From contig CM075993.1 of assembly GCA_038087875.1 (NCBI GenBank), positions 8,434,001 to 8,498,000 of the forward strand: 64,000 nucleotides of DNA, in the 5' to 3' direction. The notes under the pieces were generated by a model. That model was not told the DNA's origin. It saw only the letters and a program-made list of their open reading frames with translations, and did no database searches. Made by a program: the position numbers and the translations under genes. The DNA comes from Malacoraja senta. Lineage: Eukaryota. Of this stretch, positions 36,900 to 50,964 are shown piece by piece (the first letter of the stretch is position 1; each line of letters starts with the position of its first letter).

Positions 36900-39400
36900 C
36901 GTGCGATGCATAACATCCTGTGGAAGATAACCCCTTAAACAAAGGTCACATCCTTGACCTGGTCTGCTCCACAAATCAACCGGTACTCGACCTCCATCCA
37001 TGCCTCTTCCCCCTCTCTGATCATAAGCTCATACGGTTCACCATCCCTTCTCCGACACCTCGCCCCCGCTTCCTCCGAGAAATCACCTTCCGTAATCTAA
37101 AATCCATCGACCCTCACCATCTCTCTGACCTGCTCTCCACCACTCTCCCCCTGGACTCAACCCACATCTCACCTGATGATCTCACAAACCATCTCAATTC
37201 CACCTTGTCTACCTCCCTTAACACTCTGGCTCCCCTCAAAACAAGAACCGTAACTTTTAATAGATCTTCACCCTGGTACACACCTGCACTTCGTAAGCTG
37301 AAACAGATTGGTCGCCGACTTGAACGACTCATAAAGAAATCACCTCTCACAGTCCACCATGAAGCTTACAAACTCCACCTCACAGCCTATAAAGATGCCC
37401 TCATTGCTGCTAAATTTGCATACCTCTCCTCCATATTCACTGACCCCTGCCTAAACCACAGAACCCTCTTCTCCACAGTGTGCAATCTCCTCAAGCCTCG
37501 AGCCAACACTCTCCCAACCTCCACTCCGGATCTCTGCAACTCATTCCTCCACTTTTTTGCTGACAAAATCAGCACCATCTATCAATCCCTATCCCCTGTA
37601 CCCGACTCCCCAGCATCTACTCCACCACCTACCAAGGCCCCTCCTTTCAACATCTCCGCTGATCTCCATATCTCTCCCCCTCACTGCTTCCTCTCCCAGT
37701 TTGACCCGGTCACCCCTACTGAAATCTCCAAACTCATCAGCTCTTCCAAACCCACTACCTGCTCCCTTGACCCTCTCCCCACTACCCTGCTGAAGTCCTG
37801 CCTCCCTGCTCTCTGCCCCTACCTCACTAATCTTTTCAACTCCTCATTGTCCCAAGGAATTGTCCCCTCTGCTTTCAAAATTGCTGCTGTCACACCAATC
37901 TTAAAGAAACCTGGTCTTGATCCCTCCTCTCTCATTAACTACCGCCCTATCTCAAACCTCCCCTTTCTTTCAAAAACCCTGGAGCGTATCGTCGCGTCAC
38001 AACTTCATTCCCACCTCCTCGCGTATAACCTATTCGAACCCCTCCAATCTGGCTTTCGCCCCCTCCATAGCACAGAAACTGCTCTCCTCAAAGTCCTCAA
38101 TGACCTCCTTACCTCTGCTGACACTGGCTCCCTCAATATCCTCATCCTCCTCGACCTGAGTGCAGCCTTCGATACCGTCAACCATAACATCCTGCTCACC
38201 AGACTTAGGGACCTTGGCATTGAAGGTTCTACACTCAGCTGGCTCCGTTCCTACCTTTCCAACCGATCCCACTTCATCTCTCTCCATAACCACACCTCTG
38301 CCACAGCCACTGTCACTCAAGGCGTTCCCCAAGGCTCCGTTCTTGGTCCCCTCCTCTTCATCATCTACATCCTCCCCCTTGGTCATATACTCCGTCACTT
38401 CAACCTGGACTTCCACTGCTATGCTGATGACACCCAGATCTATCTCAGCACCAAGTCCCCCCACCACCCCCTCTCTCCCATATCAACTCCTGCCTATCAG
38501 CCATCAAATCTTGGATGCAACTCAACTTCCTTAAATTAAACAGTAGCAAAACAGAATTTCTCCTCATTGGCTCCAAATCAACACTCACTAAAATTAACAA
38601 CCCCACTCTCACTATTGACGGCACCACTGTCTCCCCATTTCCTCAGGCACGCAACCTTGGCGTGATCTTTGACTCAACCCTCTCCCTTGAGCCTTACATC
38701 CGCCATGTTGCCAAAACATCATTTTTTTCACCTCCGCAACATTGCCAAAATCAGATCCTCTCTCACACCCCCCGCTGCTGAAAGACTTCCATGCCTTCAT
38801 CTCCTCCCGACTGGACTACTGTAACTCTCTTCTCTTTGGAATCAATTCCAGCAGCATCAACCGACTCCAACTGGTCCAGAATGCAGCCGCTCGACTCATT
38901 GCCCACACCAAATCCTGGCACCACATCACCCCAGTTCTCAAAAGAACTTCACTGGCTTCCCATTTCCCACCGGATCACCTACAAAACCCTGGTCCTCACC
39001 TACAAAGCCCTCAACAACTTGGCCCCCCCTTAACTCACTGACCTCCTCTCCCCCTACCAACCCTCACGGTCCCTCAGATCCACATCAGCTGGTCTCCTCT
39101 CCACTCCGAAATCAAACCTCTGCACTTTTGGAGGCAGAGCCTTCTCCAGGGCAGCTCCCAGGCTCTGGAATTCCCTCCCACAACTGGTCCGAAATTCTGA
39201 GTCCCTCGCCATCTTTCAGTCCCGCCTCAAGACCCATCTCTTCACCTCTGTATACCCTTAGTCCCATGTTGCCCTCCCCTTTGCATCTCTGTCTTACTGC
39301 TCTATTTTGTTTTGTTTATTCATGACTCTCAATGTAAAGCGACTTTGAGTCCTGAAAAGCGCTATATAAATAAAATCTATTATTATTATTATTATTATTA
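36900..39400 (+). mobile_element. 5'-truncated L2-clade LINE (end of APE endonuclease plus RT; frameshifted after about 38470)
   Basis: GHILDLV..SDH, NYRPISNLPFLSK, QSGFR..HSTETAL, LDLSAAFDTV, GVPQGSVLGP and YADD motifs. 3' tgtaaagcgactttgag...(tat)n. TSD ttaaacagtgc at 36889-36899 and 39398-39408. Confidence 0.92.
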
Positions 39401-39676
39401 AACAGTGCGGCCCTCGTTCATAAGATCTCTGACTAGTCCCTCAATGATGGGTCAGTGGGATTCAAATCCTTGGACGCACAAGAGCCTGCAGATGTTGGAA
39501 TTATGAACAAAAAAACTAAATTAACCCCTTCTTTCGTGGATCTGTCTTTCACTTGCTGGTTCTTGCCCTATCCCTTCCCCCCCACCACTTTCTAAATACT
39601 ATCTACCCTCTACTCCATCAATCTGAAGAAGAGTCTCGGCCCAAAATGATGTCTGTCCATTCCCCTCCACAGAGTG

Positions 39677-39845
39677 TGTTGGAAGGAACTGCAGATGCTG
39701 GTTTACACCGAAGATAGAAACTAAATGCTGGAGTAGCTCAGCTGGACAGGCAACATTTTCTGGAGAGAAGGAATGGATGACCTGAAATGTCACCCATTCC
39801 TTCTCTCCAGAGACGCTGCCTGAGTTACTCCAGCATTTTATGTCT
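39677..39845. mobile_element. Fold-back Penelope-derived insertion with 14-bp TSD, nested in an older PLE repeat
   Basis: TSD ccctccacagagtg at 39663-39676 and 39846-39859. Confidence 0.85.
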
Positions 39846-40556
39846 CCCTCCACAGAGTGATTGACCCACTGAGTTCCTCCACTAGCTTTCCTTGTTGAAA
39901 ATGCTTGGTCCAAGAGGCAAACAAAAATCAGCAAAGAGCTTAGTTGTCTGCCAAGTAAGAAATACTGAGCAAGCCAAGGTGCTGTATAAATAATGATTCA
40001 GCACATCGTGCTGGGGATTGGCCTTTAAAGTGCTTTCTTGAATTGTCACCTCTACATTTTAACTGACTTCCTCAATTCACTCGTGTTCTGAGGCTATACT
40101 TGCTTGAGTTTTGGGGGCCTATGATACAGCCTTGATGGGGAAAAGGGTCGATGAGACTTTTTAATCAGAACAATTCCAAAGAGAGATCTATGATCCAAGC
40201 AATAAATCTGTGATGCGTAACTGAATTTGGCAAATTCATTGTGGAAGATAGGCCAGTGACAAAGCTTGTAGCAGAGGGAGTGAAGCAGGTTTAGCCCAGC
40301 TAGCTGAAGGCTGTGATCTGGAACTTGTTTCTCGTTGACTATAGAGTTTTTCAGCCCCAGGCTGAACGGGTTCTGAACCTGGATCTGTATGGATAAACAG
40401 AGGGACTAACACTGTGAAACTCTGCCAAATGCCTAAGGGTGGATTCAAAGGCTAAAAGTCTTACCAATGGAGATTGTTGATCGTTCCCTGGGAGTAATAA
40501 TCTTAATCTGTTCAGCTCTTAAATCTCCCACCTTCTCTGTGACAGTGAGCCTAGAG

Positions 40557-40789
40557 CAAGGCTTCCCAACCTGGGGTAAATTTACCCACAGGGGGTACAT
40601 TTCGCCTCCCCAGGGGGTGAGTTGCATTGATTCTGGATTTGTACATTTTTTCTCATTGACTGACTGTGTTTGGTTCTGGTATACCGGTATCTGTTCATCA
40701 TTAGTAGTTCAAAAATAAGTGAAATAACATTGTTATGTGCTATTCAAGTTGCCTGGGGTAAACGTGACGAAAAAGGTTGGGAACCCCTG
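40557..40789. mobile_element. hAT (Charlie-like) MITE
   Basis: TIRs caaggcttcccaacct / aggttgggaacccctg. 8-bp TSD gcctagag / gcgtagag with a CTAG-centred target. Confidence 0.85.
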
Positions 40790-40985
40790 GCGTAGAGGCA
40801 TTGAAGCTCACACCATCAACTTGACCCACTGTATCTGTTACATTCTTGCTGAAGCCACACATACTATCCTGTTCTCCTCTTCTCTTCTCATTGCCCTTTA
40901 TCTACTGTCACGGTCGGTTTACCAATCTCACTTGCTCTGGTTATCTCTCGTCTCCAGATCGTTTTCTTAGCTTTGAATGAATGTT

Positions 40986-41368
40986 CATAGAGGCATACAG
41001 CATAGAAACAGTCCCTTCAGCCCAACTTGTTCACTCCAATCAACATGCCCCATCTGCACTAGTCCCACCTGCCTGTGTTTGGCCCATATCCCTCTAAACC
41101 TGTCCCATCTGTGTACCTGTCCAAATGTTTTTTAAACATTGTGATAGTACCTGCCTCAACTACCTCTTCCGGCAGCTCATTCTATATATCCACCACCCTT
41201 TGTGCAACAAAAAAAGTTACCCCTCAGGTACCTATTAAACCCCAACCCCCCCCCCCCCCCCTCACCTTAAACCTGTCCTCTGGTTCTTGATTCCCCTGCT
41301 CCGGGTTAAAAAAACACCTCTGCATTTACCCTCTATTCCTCTCATGATCTTGTACACCTCGATAAGAC
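40986..41368 (-). mobile_element. CR1 LINE 3' fragment
   Basis: Similar to 33030-33440. Confidence 0.8.
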
Positions 41369-41883
41369 AGGTTTTAAATGAAAATTGAGAGTGTCTCTTC
41401 CCGGACCACTCTTGGCTGCAAGACGTTCCAAGCTCCACTGAACTCCGTTGTAAAGACGTATCTCTCAGTTGCCTTCCTCACTAATTAACAATTCAAAATT
41501 GCTGCATGTCTTATGAAAGAGGACATCTTTTGAGCATTTTAGATTGTAACTGAATTGCAGCTGTCCTTTCCTCTATGGGGCTGGAAATGTCAAATTAGTT
41601 GCATGTAATCTATTAATTGAATAATATTTGACCTGCCTGTCGACAAGATAGAGACTGTGAAAGGCATCTCCCCACTCCACCCCTCCTCCAGCCTCCATTC
41701 TACAATATGCTTCCAAGAGAAAGGTTGCAAACCTCATTATGGATTTTGATTAACACAATGTTCCTCTGAGTGAATCATCATCTTAACTGCTGACTTTTAT
41801 TCCGCTGTGTTTTATGTTTGTTACAAGGAGCTGGCAGCTTGTCTTGAACCAAACGGCTTTAACCCTGTGCAACCCACCATTGG

Positions 41884-42187
41884 AGTTTAGTATAGAGATA
41901 CAGTGCAGAAACGGGCCCTTTAGCCCACCGAGCCCGTGCCGACCAGCGATCTCCGCAATTAACATTATCCTTCACACACTAGGGACAATTTTTACATTTA
42001 TCAAGCCAATTTACCGACATACCTATCTTTGGATTGTTCACCGAAAATCTCGGAGAAAACCCACGCGGCCACGGAGAGAATGTACAAACTCCATACAGAC
42101 AGCACCCGTAGTCAGGCTCGAACCCGGGTCTGCAGTGCTGCAAGCGCTATAAGGCAACAACTCTACCGCTGCATTACTGTGCTGCCC
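41884..42187 (-). mobile_element. HE1/V-SINE-like SINE
   Basis: Full-length similarity to other copies. Confidence 0.85.
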
Positions 42188-43015
42188 AATTATTCAGCAG
42201 TTATTCAGCACAGGACTGTACACTGCTCACCCATGAATGTACGGAGTATGAATGCTGCTGCAAATAGATTGAGCTGGCTATGGCCAAGGTCCAATACAGT
42301 GGGGAAAATTATGTTGGGCAGCATGCTGTGACTTTGACTATGGGACGTAATGGATCAGCAGTACAGGATTCTGCGGCCCTTTGCAGCGACTGCTGTATAT
42401 TGATTATGAATAACATTGGGTGATAGCCAGGGACCTTTGATGGGCTGTGCTTCACAACAGGGCATTGAATAGCTGTGTGGCTGGAATATAATTAGATTTG
42501 CCCTCATTCCAAGTCTGTATTGGGATAATTTATTTGGAAAACATTGAGTTTCTGTCTGGCTGGGCTGGGGGCAGTGCCAAAGGCTAAAAGGGTTTTATCG
42601 AATAATTGACATGACTAAAGTTTGAGTTATACAAGTAGGACACCAATCCGGCAAGATTTTTTATTTTGTTTAACTACATAATTTAAAAACCTGTTTTATT
42701 GACCTGTTCTTCCATAAACTGGCCCCGAAGCGCGTTATGGAATTGGGACGCCATGATTCTGGTTCTGACAGAACATATAATAGTGATTAATATGTTGCAG
42801 TAAATTGCAGTGGCCACATCCGAGTGGTTCCTCTAGTTGGAAATGATTTTCTTGAATTGTGGATAATAGCTTGTTGCTCTGTTCTAAAGGTCAGAGTTAC
42901 ATTTCACTAAGCTGATAGAGGACATTAGCAGACAACGTACACTGCTTGTGGTATATACAGAGAGTATGTGTGATCAGGCTCTGTCGGGTGTGTCTATTAT
43001 CCATGGCAAATCCAT

Positions 43016-43313
43016 GGGGCGGCTCAGTGGCGCAGCAGTAGTGTTGCTGCCTACAGCGCCAGAGACCTGGGTTCGATCCTGCCTATGGATACTGTCCGTA
43101 TGGAGTTTGTACGTTCCCCTGTGACCACGTTGGATTTCTTCGGGTGCTCTGATTTCCTCCCACACGCCAAAGACGTACAGGTTTGGAGGTTAATTGGCTT
43201 TGGTAAAATTGTAAATTGTCCCTAGTCTATAAGATAGTGCTAGTGTATGGGGTGTTCGCTGGTTGGCGCGGAGTCGGTGGGCCGAAGGGCCTGTTTCCAC
43301 ACTGTTTCTCTAA
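43016..43313 (+). mobile_element. HE1/V-SINE-like SINE
   Basis: A box, B box ggttcgatcc, tail gggccgaagggcctgtttcc. Confidence 0.88.
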
Positions 43314-43969
43314 CGTGTGCGTGTGCTTGCATGCGTGCAGTTTGTGTGCGTGCCTGCAGTGGGTACCTACTCTCCCGATTCCCAATCTGAAGGATCCCAA
43401 CCCAAAACGTTGTCCATCCAAGTTCACCAGAGATGCTGCCTAAACCGTTGTTATTCCAGCACTTTACGTTTTACTCAGGATTGCAGCATCTGCAGTTCTT
43501 TGTGTTACCAGTGCTTGATCTTGTTATCTTTTATGCCTTGATGATTCATGTACCCATGTTATGGTGCCTCCACCACCCCTCAGGCCTATTGTAACTTCTC
43601 CTTTACCCTCTCAAAGGCTCATCTTTTTGACCAGAGATATTTGGTATCTTCAATCCGAATGTTTTCTTACAAGGATCGGTGTTACATTTTTAACGTGCGT
43701 AAGCAGGGTTACCATGTTATTTCTCGGCTTTGCTATCTCACATTTATGTCGATGTAACTCTTGCTGGCATTCTGCATTCAATTTTCTGCCTGTATTTTAT
43801 TGTGAGGGAGGTGCTTTATTGCTGGAAGCCCCCTGAAGACTAAAGTCATTAGAAAGATGTTAATGATTGAGTCAGAGCATCTTTTATTCCTGTAAACCGA
43901 TGAATTTCGGCATTGCTTGCTCAGCCTTAGCTCATAAGACAACATCTTCTTCTGAGAAATCAACCGTAA

Positions 43970-43971
<2 letters not shown>

Positions 43972-44065
<94 letters not shown>

Positions 44066-44087
44066 GCGCTCTCTCTCTCTCGTGCTC

Positions 44088-44124
<37 letters not shown>
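43972..44124. repeat. (CT)n microsatellite
   Basis: Directly visible. Confidence 0.97.
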
Positions 44125-44670
44125 GTCCTACCTCCTCCCCCAATGCACGAATATCATTAATATAAGGAGGCCAAAGTGGTCACAGCACTGGCTCTTTCTC
44201 AGAAAGACCTAATTTTATATTTCATCCCTTCCCAATTACTTTTGCGATTTGCTTTCCCACTTCAGCTTTGCATCATTGGCATATTTGGCTACAATAGACT
44301 TGGGCTCCATCATTAAAGTCATTGGAACAGATTGGAAACAGTTGAGGCTTCATCACTGATTCCTTAGGCACCCTCTAGTTTTCAACTTGGAAAAATGACC
44401 CGTTTATCCCAATGTTTTGTTAGGTAACTGATCTGATATGCCTGCTAATACATCTCACTGCCATACATTCTTACCTTTGCAGTAACATATTATGCAGTAC
44501 CTCTTTAAATACATTTTGGAAATCCAAATGCATTGCATCTGGTTTCTCCGTTATCCACCCGCTTGTTACATTCTCAATAAAACAAGATAAATTTGTAGTA
44601 CTGTTGATTTTGTTGTTTTGACTGCTGGATTGAATTGTGATTTCCTAAATGTTGGTGGCCCATGTCATTT

Positions 44671-45118
44671 TGTTTAGTTAGAGATACAATGTGGAAACAG
44701 GCCCTTCGACCCACTGAGTCCACGCAGACCAGCGATCCACACACACTAACACTATCTTGCACACACTAGGGACAATTTACAATTTTACCAAAGCCAATTA
44801 ATCTACAAACCTGTGCAGGAGAGAACTGCTGATGCTGGTTTAAATCGAAGATAGGTACAAAATGCTGCAGTAACTCAGCGGGACAGGCAGCATCTCTGGA
44901 GAGAAGGAATGGGTGACGGGGTCTCGACCCGAAACGTCACCCATTCCTAATCTACAAACCTGTCATCTTTGGAGTGTGGATGGAAACCGGAACACCTGGA
45001 GAAAACCATGCAGGTCACGGGGAGAATGTACAAACTCTGTACAGGCAGCACCCATGATGGAACCCAGGTCTCTGGCTTTGTTATGCAGCAACTCTGCCGC
45101 TGCACCATCGTGCCGCCC
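44671..45118 (-). mobile_element. HE1/V-SINE-like SINE split by a PLE unit
   Basis: SINE is continuous once 44815-44963 is removed. Confidence 0.85.
44815..44947. mobile_element. Penelope-derived insertion with short inversion and 16-bp TSD
   Basis: TSD taatctacaaacctgt at 44799-44814 and 44948-44963. Confidence 0.88.
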
Positions 45119-46592
45119 TGTCTGTTGGCGATACCCTGGGCTGTGTGTTCTTCCATTTCCAATAGACCTGTTAGTGTGACCAGTGAACACACACCTCGCC
45201 TCATTATCTGCAGCATTACACAATGTAAATCCAGCTCTACGCCACACTCAGTGAACTAACCTTAAAGTTTACATTTACACTTCCTGCAGGCACTTTGTCA
45301 GTTTGAGTGGTTTTGTGAAATATAGTTAGACATTTAACGCTAATCTACGAGTTGGTATATTTGTCTGTTGCTGCTTCTCTGAGGTAATCTTTGTAAAGTT
45401 ATTGTTCAAAAGTGGACTGCTCTTGCTTCCAGAACCTATATCTTCATTGACGTTTCATAAGTCCAAGCACTAGCTTTTAAGTGATTATTTTTGATTCTCA
45501 AGTAATTATTGAGCACTAACTTGCACTGTACGCAATAAGCTGCTTTGCACAATATTCATCAGACAAATCCCACAATGGCTCATTTAAAAACCCAACTAAT
45601 TACAATGCCTGAAATCATTACATTCTGCAGTCGTGCACACTCCATTTTGATTTTGCATTTTATCAAGTTGCTAAAGTTGTGAGGCTGCAGTAGGATCTGC
45701 CAGTGAATGGGGGTACACAGCAGGCAACTGTTGTGAAACAAGATCAAATATAGAAAATAGTGTCTTAAGAAGCCTAGAGGAAACCATTCAAGACAAACTC
45801 CAGCAGCTTTTCCAAATAAAAACCGGGGAATCTGCAGATGGTACATTGAGTGGAAGACGGCTGCATTCAAACTCACGCACAGAATCTATTTCATCTGCTT
45901 ACAATACAGCAGCAGAGTTTTTATTGACCAAACATCTTCATGCTGCCTTGGGTTATTGGTATTGCAATTTTCAGCCTTGTTAAAAATAGCGTGCCTACAT
46001 TCTGCAGCCCTTAACTGGGAGCCTCACCATGACGCTGCTTTGGTGTGGATGGGAAACACGCTAACTGGCTCGCATACAGTGTCATTAACGGACCTTCAGC
46101 TGAGAATAAAGCCATCAATCATCTCTCAGCCCTGTTTTGTTTCCGCCTCCCCAGTTATTACAATTTCTTGGCGAATATCCCAGGAACTGCCCCCATCAAA
46201 CCCATTTGGTGACTTGGCACTTGTGCAAGTTGGAATCACTCTTTCCTGGAAAGTCACAATATTTCTGGAGACACAATAACATTTTGGAATTTCTGAGCAA
46301 AACACAAAGTGCAGGAATTCAATGTATCAGGCAGCATCTATGGAGGGACTGGACAGACGACATTTCAGGTCAGGACCCATCTTCAGGCTTATTGGCAGAT
46401 GACATTTTGGGTCAGGATCTTTCTTCAGACTGATTGTTAGACAACTCTTTGGATCCATTTCCTCCTCAGATGCTGCCTTACCCAGTGAATACCTCCAGCA
46501 CAATCATTTGTTGTCTTCTGCCTTAGAACATTGGTTGCGATCAATCTGCACTTCCGCCCCAGTAATCCACCTTAACAGCACATCAGTAAAAG

Positions 46593-46689
46593 AAGATAGA
46601 CACAAAATGCTGGAGTAACTCAACGTGGAGTGAGGCAGCATCTCTGGAGAGAAGGAATGGGCGATGTTTTGGGTCGAGACCCTTCTTCA
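46593..46689 (-). mobile_element. Penelope-derived short unit
   Basis: gatagacacaaaatgctggagtaactc...gggtcgagacccttcttca. Confidence 0.8.
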
Positions 46690-46934
46690 ACAAAAGAGAG
46701 TTGGTTGGGATTTATTGACTAGATAGGAAGATTGGTGAATGTACAGACCCGACAAGTGAATGCTCCCGTCAATAAATTCAAGACAATTGGAGAATTATTT
46801 GGAGAAAGCTGTGACTATGGGGAGGATATTTCTGAGGAACTAGGACAGTGGATAGCCAAAGTATAACTTCGTCCATCCATGGAGTGCAACTGGATCCAGA
46901 TGAACTGGGAGAATGCACAAAGTACCCGTAATGG

Positions 46935-47360
46935 CGCATGGAATTTAACTCTGACAAGTGTGAGGTGTTGCAATTTGGTGGGTTAAACCAGGGCAGGACT
47001 TGCACAGTAAATGGAGCGTGTTGTAGAACAGAGAGACCTGGGGAACAGATACATAGTTCCCTGAAAGTGGGGACAAAGGTAGACAGGATGGAGAAGAAGG
47101 CACAACTTGCCTTTATTAGTCATGGCAGTGAGTGCAAGAGATGGAACATTATGTTGCAACTGCACAAGTCGTCGGTTAAATCACACGGAGCATTGTGTAC
47201 AGTTCTGTTTGCACAGCTGGAGGGAGCATGGCATTGTTGAAAGAGATGCAGAAGAGATTCTCACGGATGTTACCAAGACTGGATGACTTGATTTATAAGG
47301 AAAGGAGGTTGTTCTTTTCCCCTTTAGTGTAGCAGGTTAATTAAGGGATGACCTTATTGA
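46935..47360 (+). mobile_element. Degenerate CR1 RT C-terminal fragment
   Basis: MEFNSDKCEVLQFG...IHSSLKVGTKVDR...MLQLHKS. Confidence 0.75.
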
Positions 47361-48171
47361 CGTCTTGCTGCACTTTTGTAGTGGTAAAGACCTTCTTGCA
47401 CTCAGCTTTCATCTACTGCACTTTCACAATCTATTACTGACACTGACTCCATATTGCCGCTGGCCTGCTGATCTCATGTTCATGGTGGTGAACATTAGAG
47501 GAAAGTATTGGATGTGTGTCAGCTTTGTGTCCGAGCTGGATGATATCACTTTCCTGTGTGACACCATTTTAAAAAAAGTCAAGAATGGAAACCTTTTCAG
47601 GAAAAAAAGCCTCTTGGACTAATCACCGTTTAGATCTGTAAACTTCCATCCATTTGTCTTTAAATTTTGTAGAAAACGGACCTGATATCTTGAGCCTGAA
47701 GAAGGGTCCTGAGCTGAAACATCAGCCATCCTTTTTCTCTAGAGTTGCTGCCTGACCTGCTGAGTTACTCCAGCACTTTGTGTCTATTTTCTGATGTCTG
47801 ACAGTTTTGCAGTATTGTTCATGGGTTACCAAACGACATGTTTTTTCTGAAGTATTCTGTAGACTGGGCGTTTCAAAGCTTGAACAAGTAGTGCCCTTTC
47901 AACCCTGCAAGTCCCAAGGGACAGTAAAAAATATATCAAATCCAAACTGTGAAGAGTTGAAGTGGGCAACTGAATAGCTGACTGCAGCAAAACACAGAGT
48001 GTGAGTAGGTCTTCACCAGCCCCGAGCACGGTACAAGTATGTCCAGCTGTGGAATGGCTAGATATTTTGACAGTGTTCAGCTGAACACATCTCTTTTATA
48101 ATGCGTTCAGTTGGCTACTAAATAAATAATTCACTATTTCTTAAATATTAAAAAGTGCTATCCAGATGCCT

Positions 48172-48465
48172 CATAGAAACATAGAAAAAATAGGTAGGAG
48201 TAGACCATGGCCTATCATCCAAAATCCGTATCCCGTTCCTGCTTTTTACTCATAGCCCTTGATTCCTTTAGCCCTAAGATATAAATCTCTCTTGAAAACA
48301 TCCAGTGAATTGGCCTCCACTGCCTTCTGTGGCAGAGAATTCACAGATTCACAACTCTCTGGGTGCAAGAGATTTTCCTCATAGTGCCTAGATGGTCTAC
48401 CCCTTATTCTCAAACTGTGAGCCCTGGTTTTGGATTCCCCCAACATCGGGAACATTTTTCCTGTA
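48172..48465 (-). mobile_element. CR1 LINE 3' fragment
   Basis: MFPMLGESKTRAHSLRIRG...KGIKGYE; (catagaaa)n end. Confidence 0.85.
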
Positions 48466-49784
48466 TTGCTTGGTCAATGCTTTAAAAATTGATTGAGGGA
48501 GTGAACCGGTTGGTTCCCGAGTTTGAATCGGCTACTTCAACCTGAGTGGGGGACTGGTGAAGAAAGTTCTTATTGGTGATACATTTCGCTAACAAACAGT
48601 GGGACAAAATATATATCTATCCACCTCCAGCCAATTCAGCAAGGATCGAGAGAGCTAACAGTGCCTCTGCTTAAAGTCTACACCAAAAGATTCAACAGCA
48701 TTCCCTCATTGCTGCCTGCAAGTATCAGCCCGTCTTTTCCCCACTTCCACCTCCCTGTATCCCTCCCCCAACTCCATCTGTCTGAAGAAGGGTCCCGACC
48801 CACGATACCACCTGTCCATTCCTTCCATAAATGCGGAGTTACTCCAGTACTTTTGTGTTTTGGTCGAGATTCCAGCAACTGCAGTTCCTTGTGTGTCCGT
48901 ATTAATGACACAAGTTGCACAAGTAGAAGGAATTCTTTGTGGACCAGCTGTTGTTTTATTAGAGGTCAAGGCCATGAATGGTTTTGTTGGAGTGTAAGAG
49001 AGGTTGTTTATAGTGGGAGCAAGGTCGATAGCCAGAGCTTCTTGGATTGAACATTATTGACAAAAGATTCAACGTAATTGCGATCAGTGGTACGTTACCT
49101 GAATAACGGCAGCAGATTCAGCAGGAACTTTTAAATGGGAATTGGGTAAACAGGTGAAAGGGGAAAATAAATGAGATGGTTATGAAAGAGTAGGAGAGTG
49201 AGATTTAATTACTTTGACTTGGACTTGGCAGAGGCATTCAGAACTGAAAGGCTTCCATCATTGCTGTATGATTCTATACTCTGATAATCCTGGCCTTTTG
49301 CATTACATCCACGGCTCTGTAATTGAGCGGCAGTTTTGGGGTTTAGCCACATGAGCTAACTGCTGTCCTCCCGCTAGTTCTTACTTATCCGCCAGTTTAG
49401 TTCACCAAGTACGGAGTGCAGGAGTAACTCAGCGGGTCAGGCAGTGCCTGGGGAGGGAATGGACTAGCGCGTTTCCGGTCAGGGACCGTCCAGACTGAAG
49501 AAAGGTCCCGGCTAGAAACATTCCCTCCCCAGATGCTGCCTGATGTGCTGAGTTCCTCCAGCACTTTGTTTTGTTCAAGGCTCTCTTTCCTTTCCACCTT
49601 ATTTTGCTACCTTTGTCAATATTTGTTACCCAAATGATATTTAACAATGATTCTAACAGCCAGACTTTCTTGACTCTCATCGCCAGCAGAGAAACTAAAG
49701 TGGAAAATAAACTACAAACAAAATATTTGTTTTGGTTTGCTCATAAATGTGTCCTCATCAGTGCCCCATTGTTCTGCTCTCGCT

Positions 49785-50492
49785 TCCACTCCCCCCAGAT
49801 GCCACACACAAACTGGAGGAACAACATCTCATATTCCGCTTGGGTAGCTCACAACCTAGAACATTGAATTCTCCACTTTTCAATAACTCCAATAACCTCT
49901 CTCTTCCCTGAGCCTCGCGGACGCGCGCCTATTTCTCCCCTCCTCTTCCACCTACATTCCTTTCTCCATCACAATTTGCAACTTTTTGCAATCCTTTTGT
50001 ATCACACCTTTTCATCTGTAACCCTTGTCCATCATCTGCCTATAATAGATAATAATAATAATAATAATAATAGATAATAGACAATAGATGCAGGAGTAGG
50101 CTATTCGGCCCTTCGAGCCAGCACAACCATTCACTGTGATCATGGCTGATCATTCACAATCAGTACCCCGTTCCTGCCTTCTCCCCATATCTCTTGACTC
50201 CGCTATCTTTAAGAGCTCTATCTAACTCTCTTGAAAGCATCCAGAGAATCGGCCTCCACTGCCTTCTGAGGCAGAGAATAACCACCCCACACCTGTATCA
50301 ACCTATTACCTGCCAGACATTCTCCTGCCCCTCCTCTCTTCCAGCTTCCCCCACCCCCCACAAATAGCCTGACGAAGGGACCAAACCAAAAACATTACCT
50401 ATCCATGCCCTCCAGAGATGCTGCCTGATCCGCTGAGTTAATCCAGCACTTTGTGTCATTTTCTAAACCAGAATCTGCAGTTCCTTGCATCT
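49785..50492 (+). mobile_element. Older Penelope-like 3' fragment, interrupted by a CR1 tail (about 50045-50280, -)
   Basis: aaactggaggaacaacatctcatattccgcttgggtagc (KLEEQHLIFRLGS); decayed hammerhead near 50369; tail ccagaatctgcagttccttg. Confidence 0.75.
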
Positions 50493-50942
50493 TTGCGAAA
50501 GTTTTGGTGGATTTTTCTCGGCACCTTTTCAGAGATGAGTCCACAAGTCCTGAAGATTGTTGGTCATACCTGGGTTTGTGTACAATTCATTGAAGTATCC
50601 ATCTGAGGATGTGTTTGCCCAGCCTTCAAATGTTCTGATGAACCTCATTATATTTCCTACTCGAAAAAAGGAATTTGTAGTGATTGATGAAATCTTGTCA
50701 TTAAAAACCAAATATCAAGGTTGGAATTCAAACATTCAGTGCGTGTGTGTGATGGGTTCTTGCAGGACTCCACTCTAAACCTGTTGTCCACTGGCAATGT
50801 TTCAGTTATTTCTTAGCTGGCAGCTTTTGAGATGGAGGAAAAGTTATTTTATTTGCAGCTGTTAAATCCTTAGAATTTAACGTTCCAAACAGAATGGAAT
50901 TAAAGGTCTTAAAAAGCATTGATTTCTTGTGTATAATGCGTG

Positions 50943-50964
50943 TTTAACTTTTGTCCCCACACAG
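50943..50964 (+). promoter_or_regulatory. 3' splice site (branch-point-like TTTAAC, pyrimidine tract, CAG)
   Basis: tttaacttttgtccccacacag directly precedes the conserved reading frame. Confidence 0.85.
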
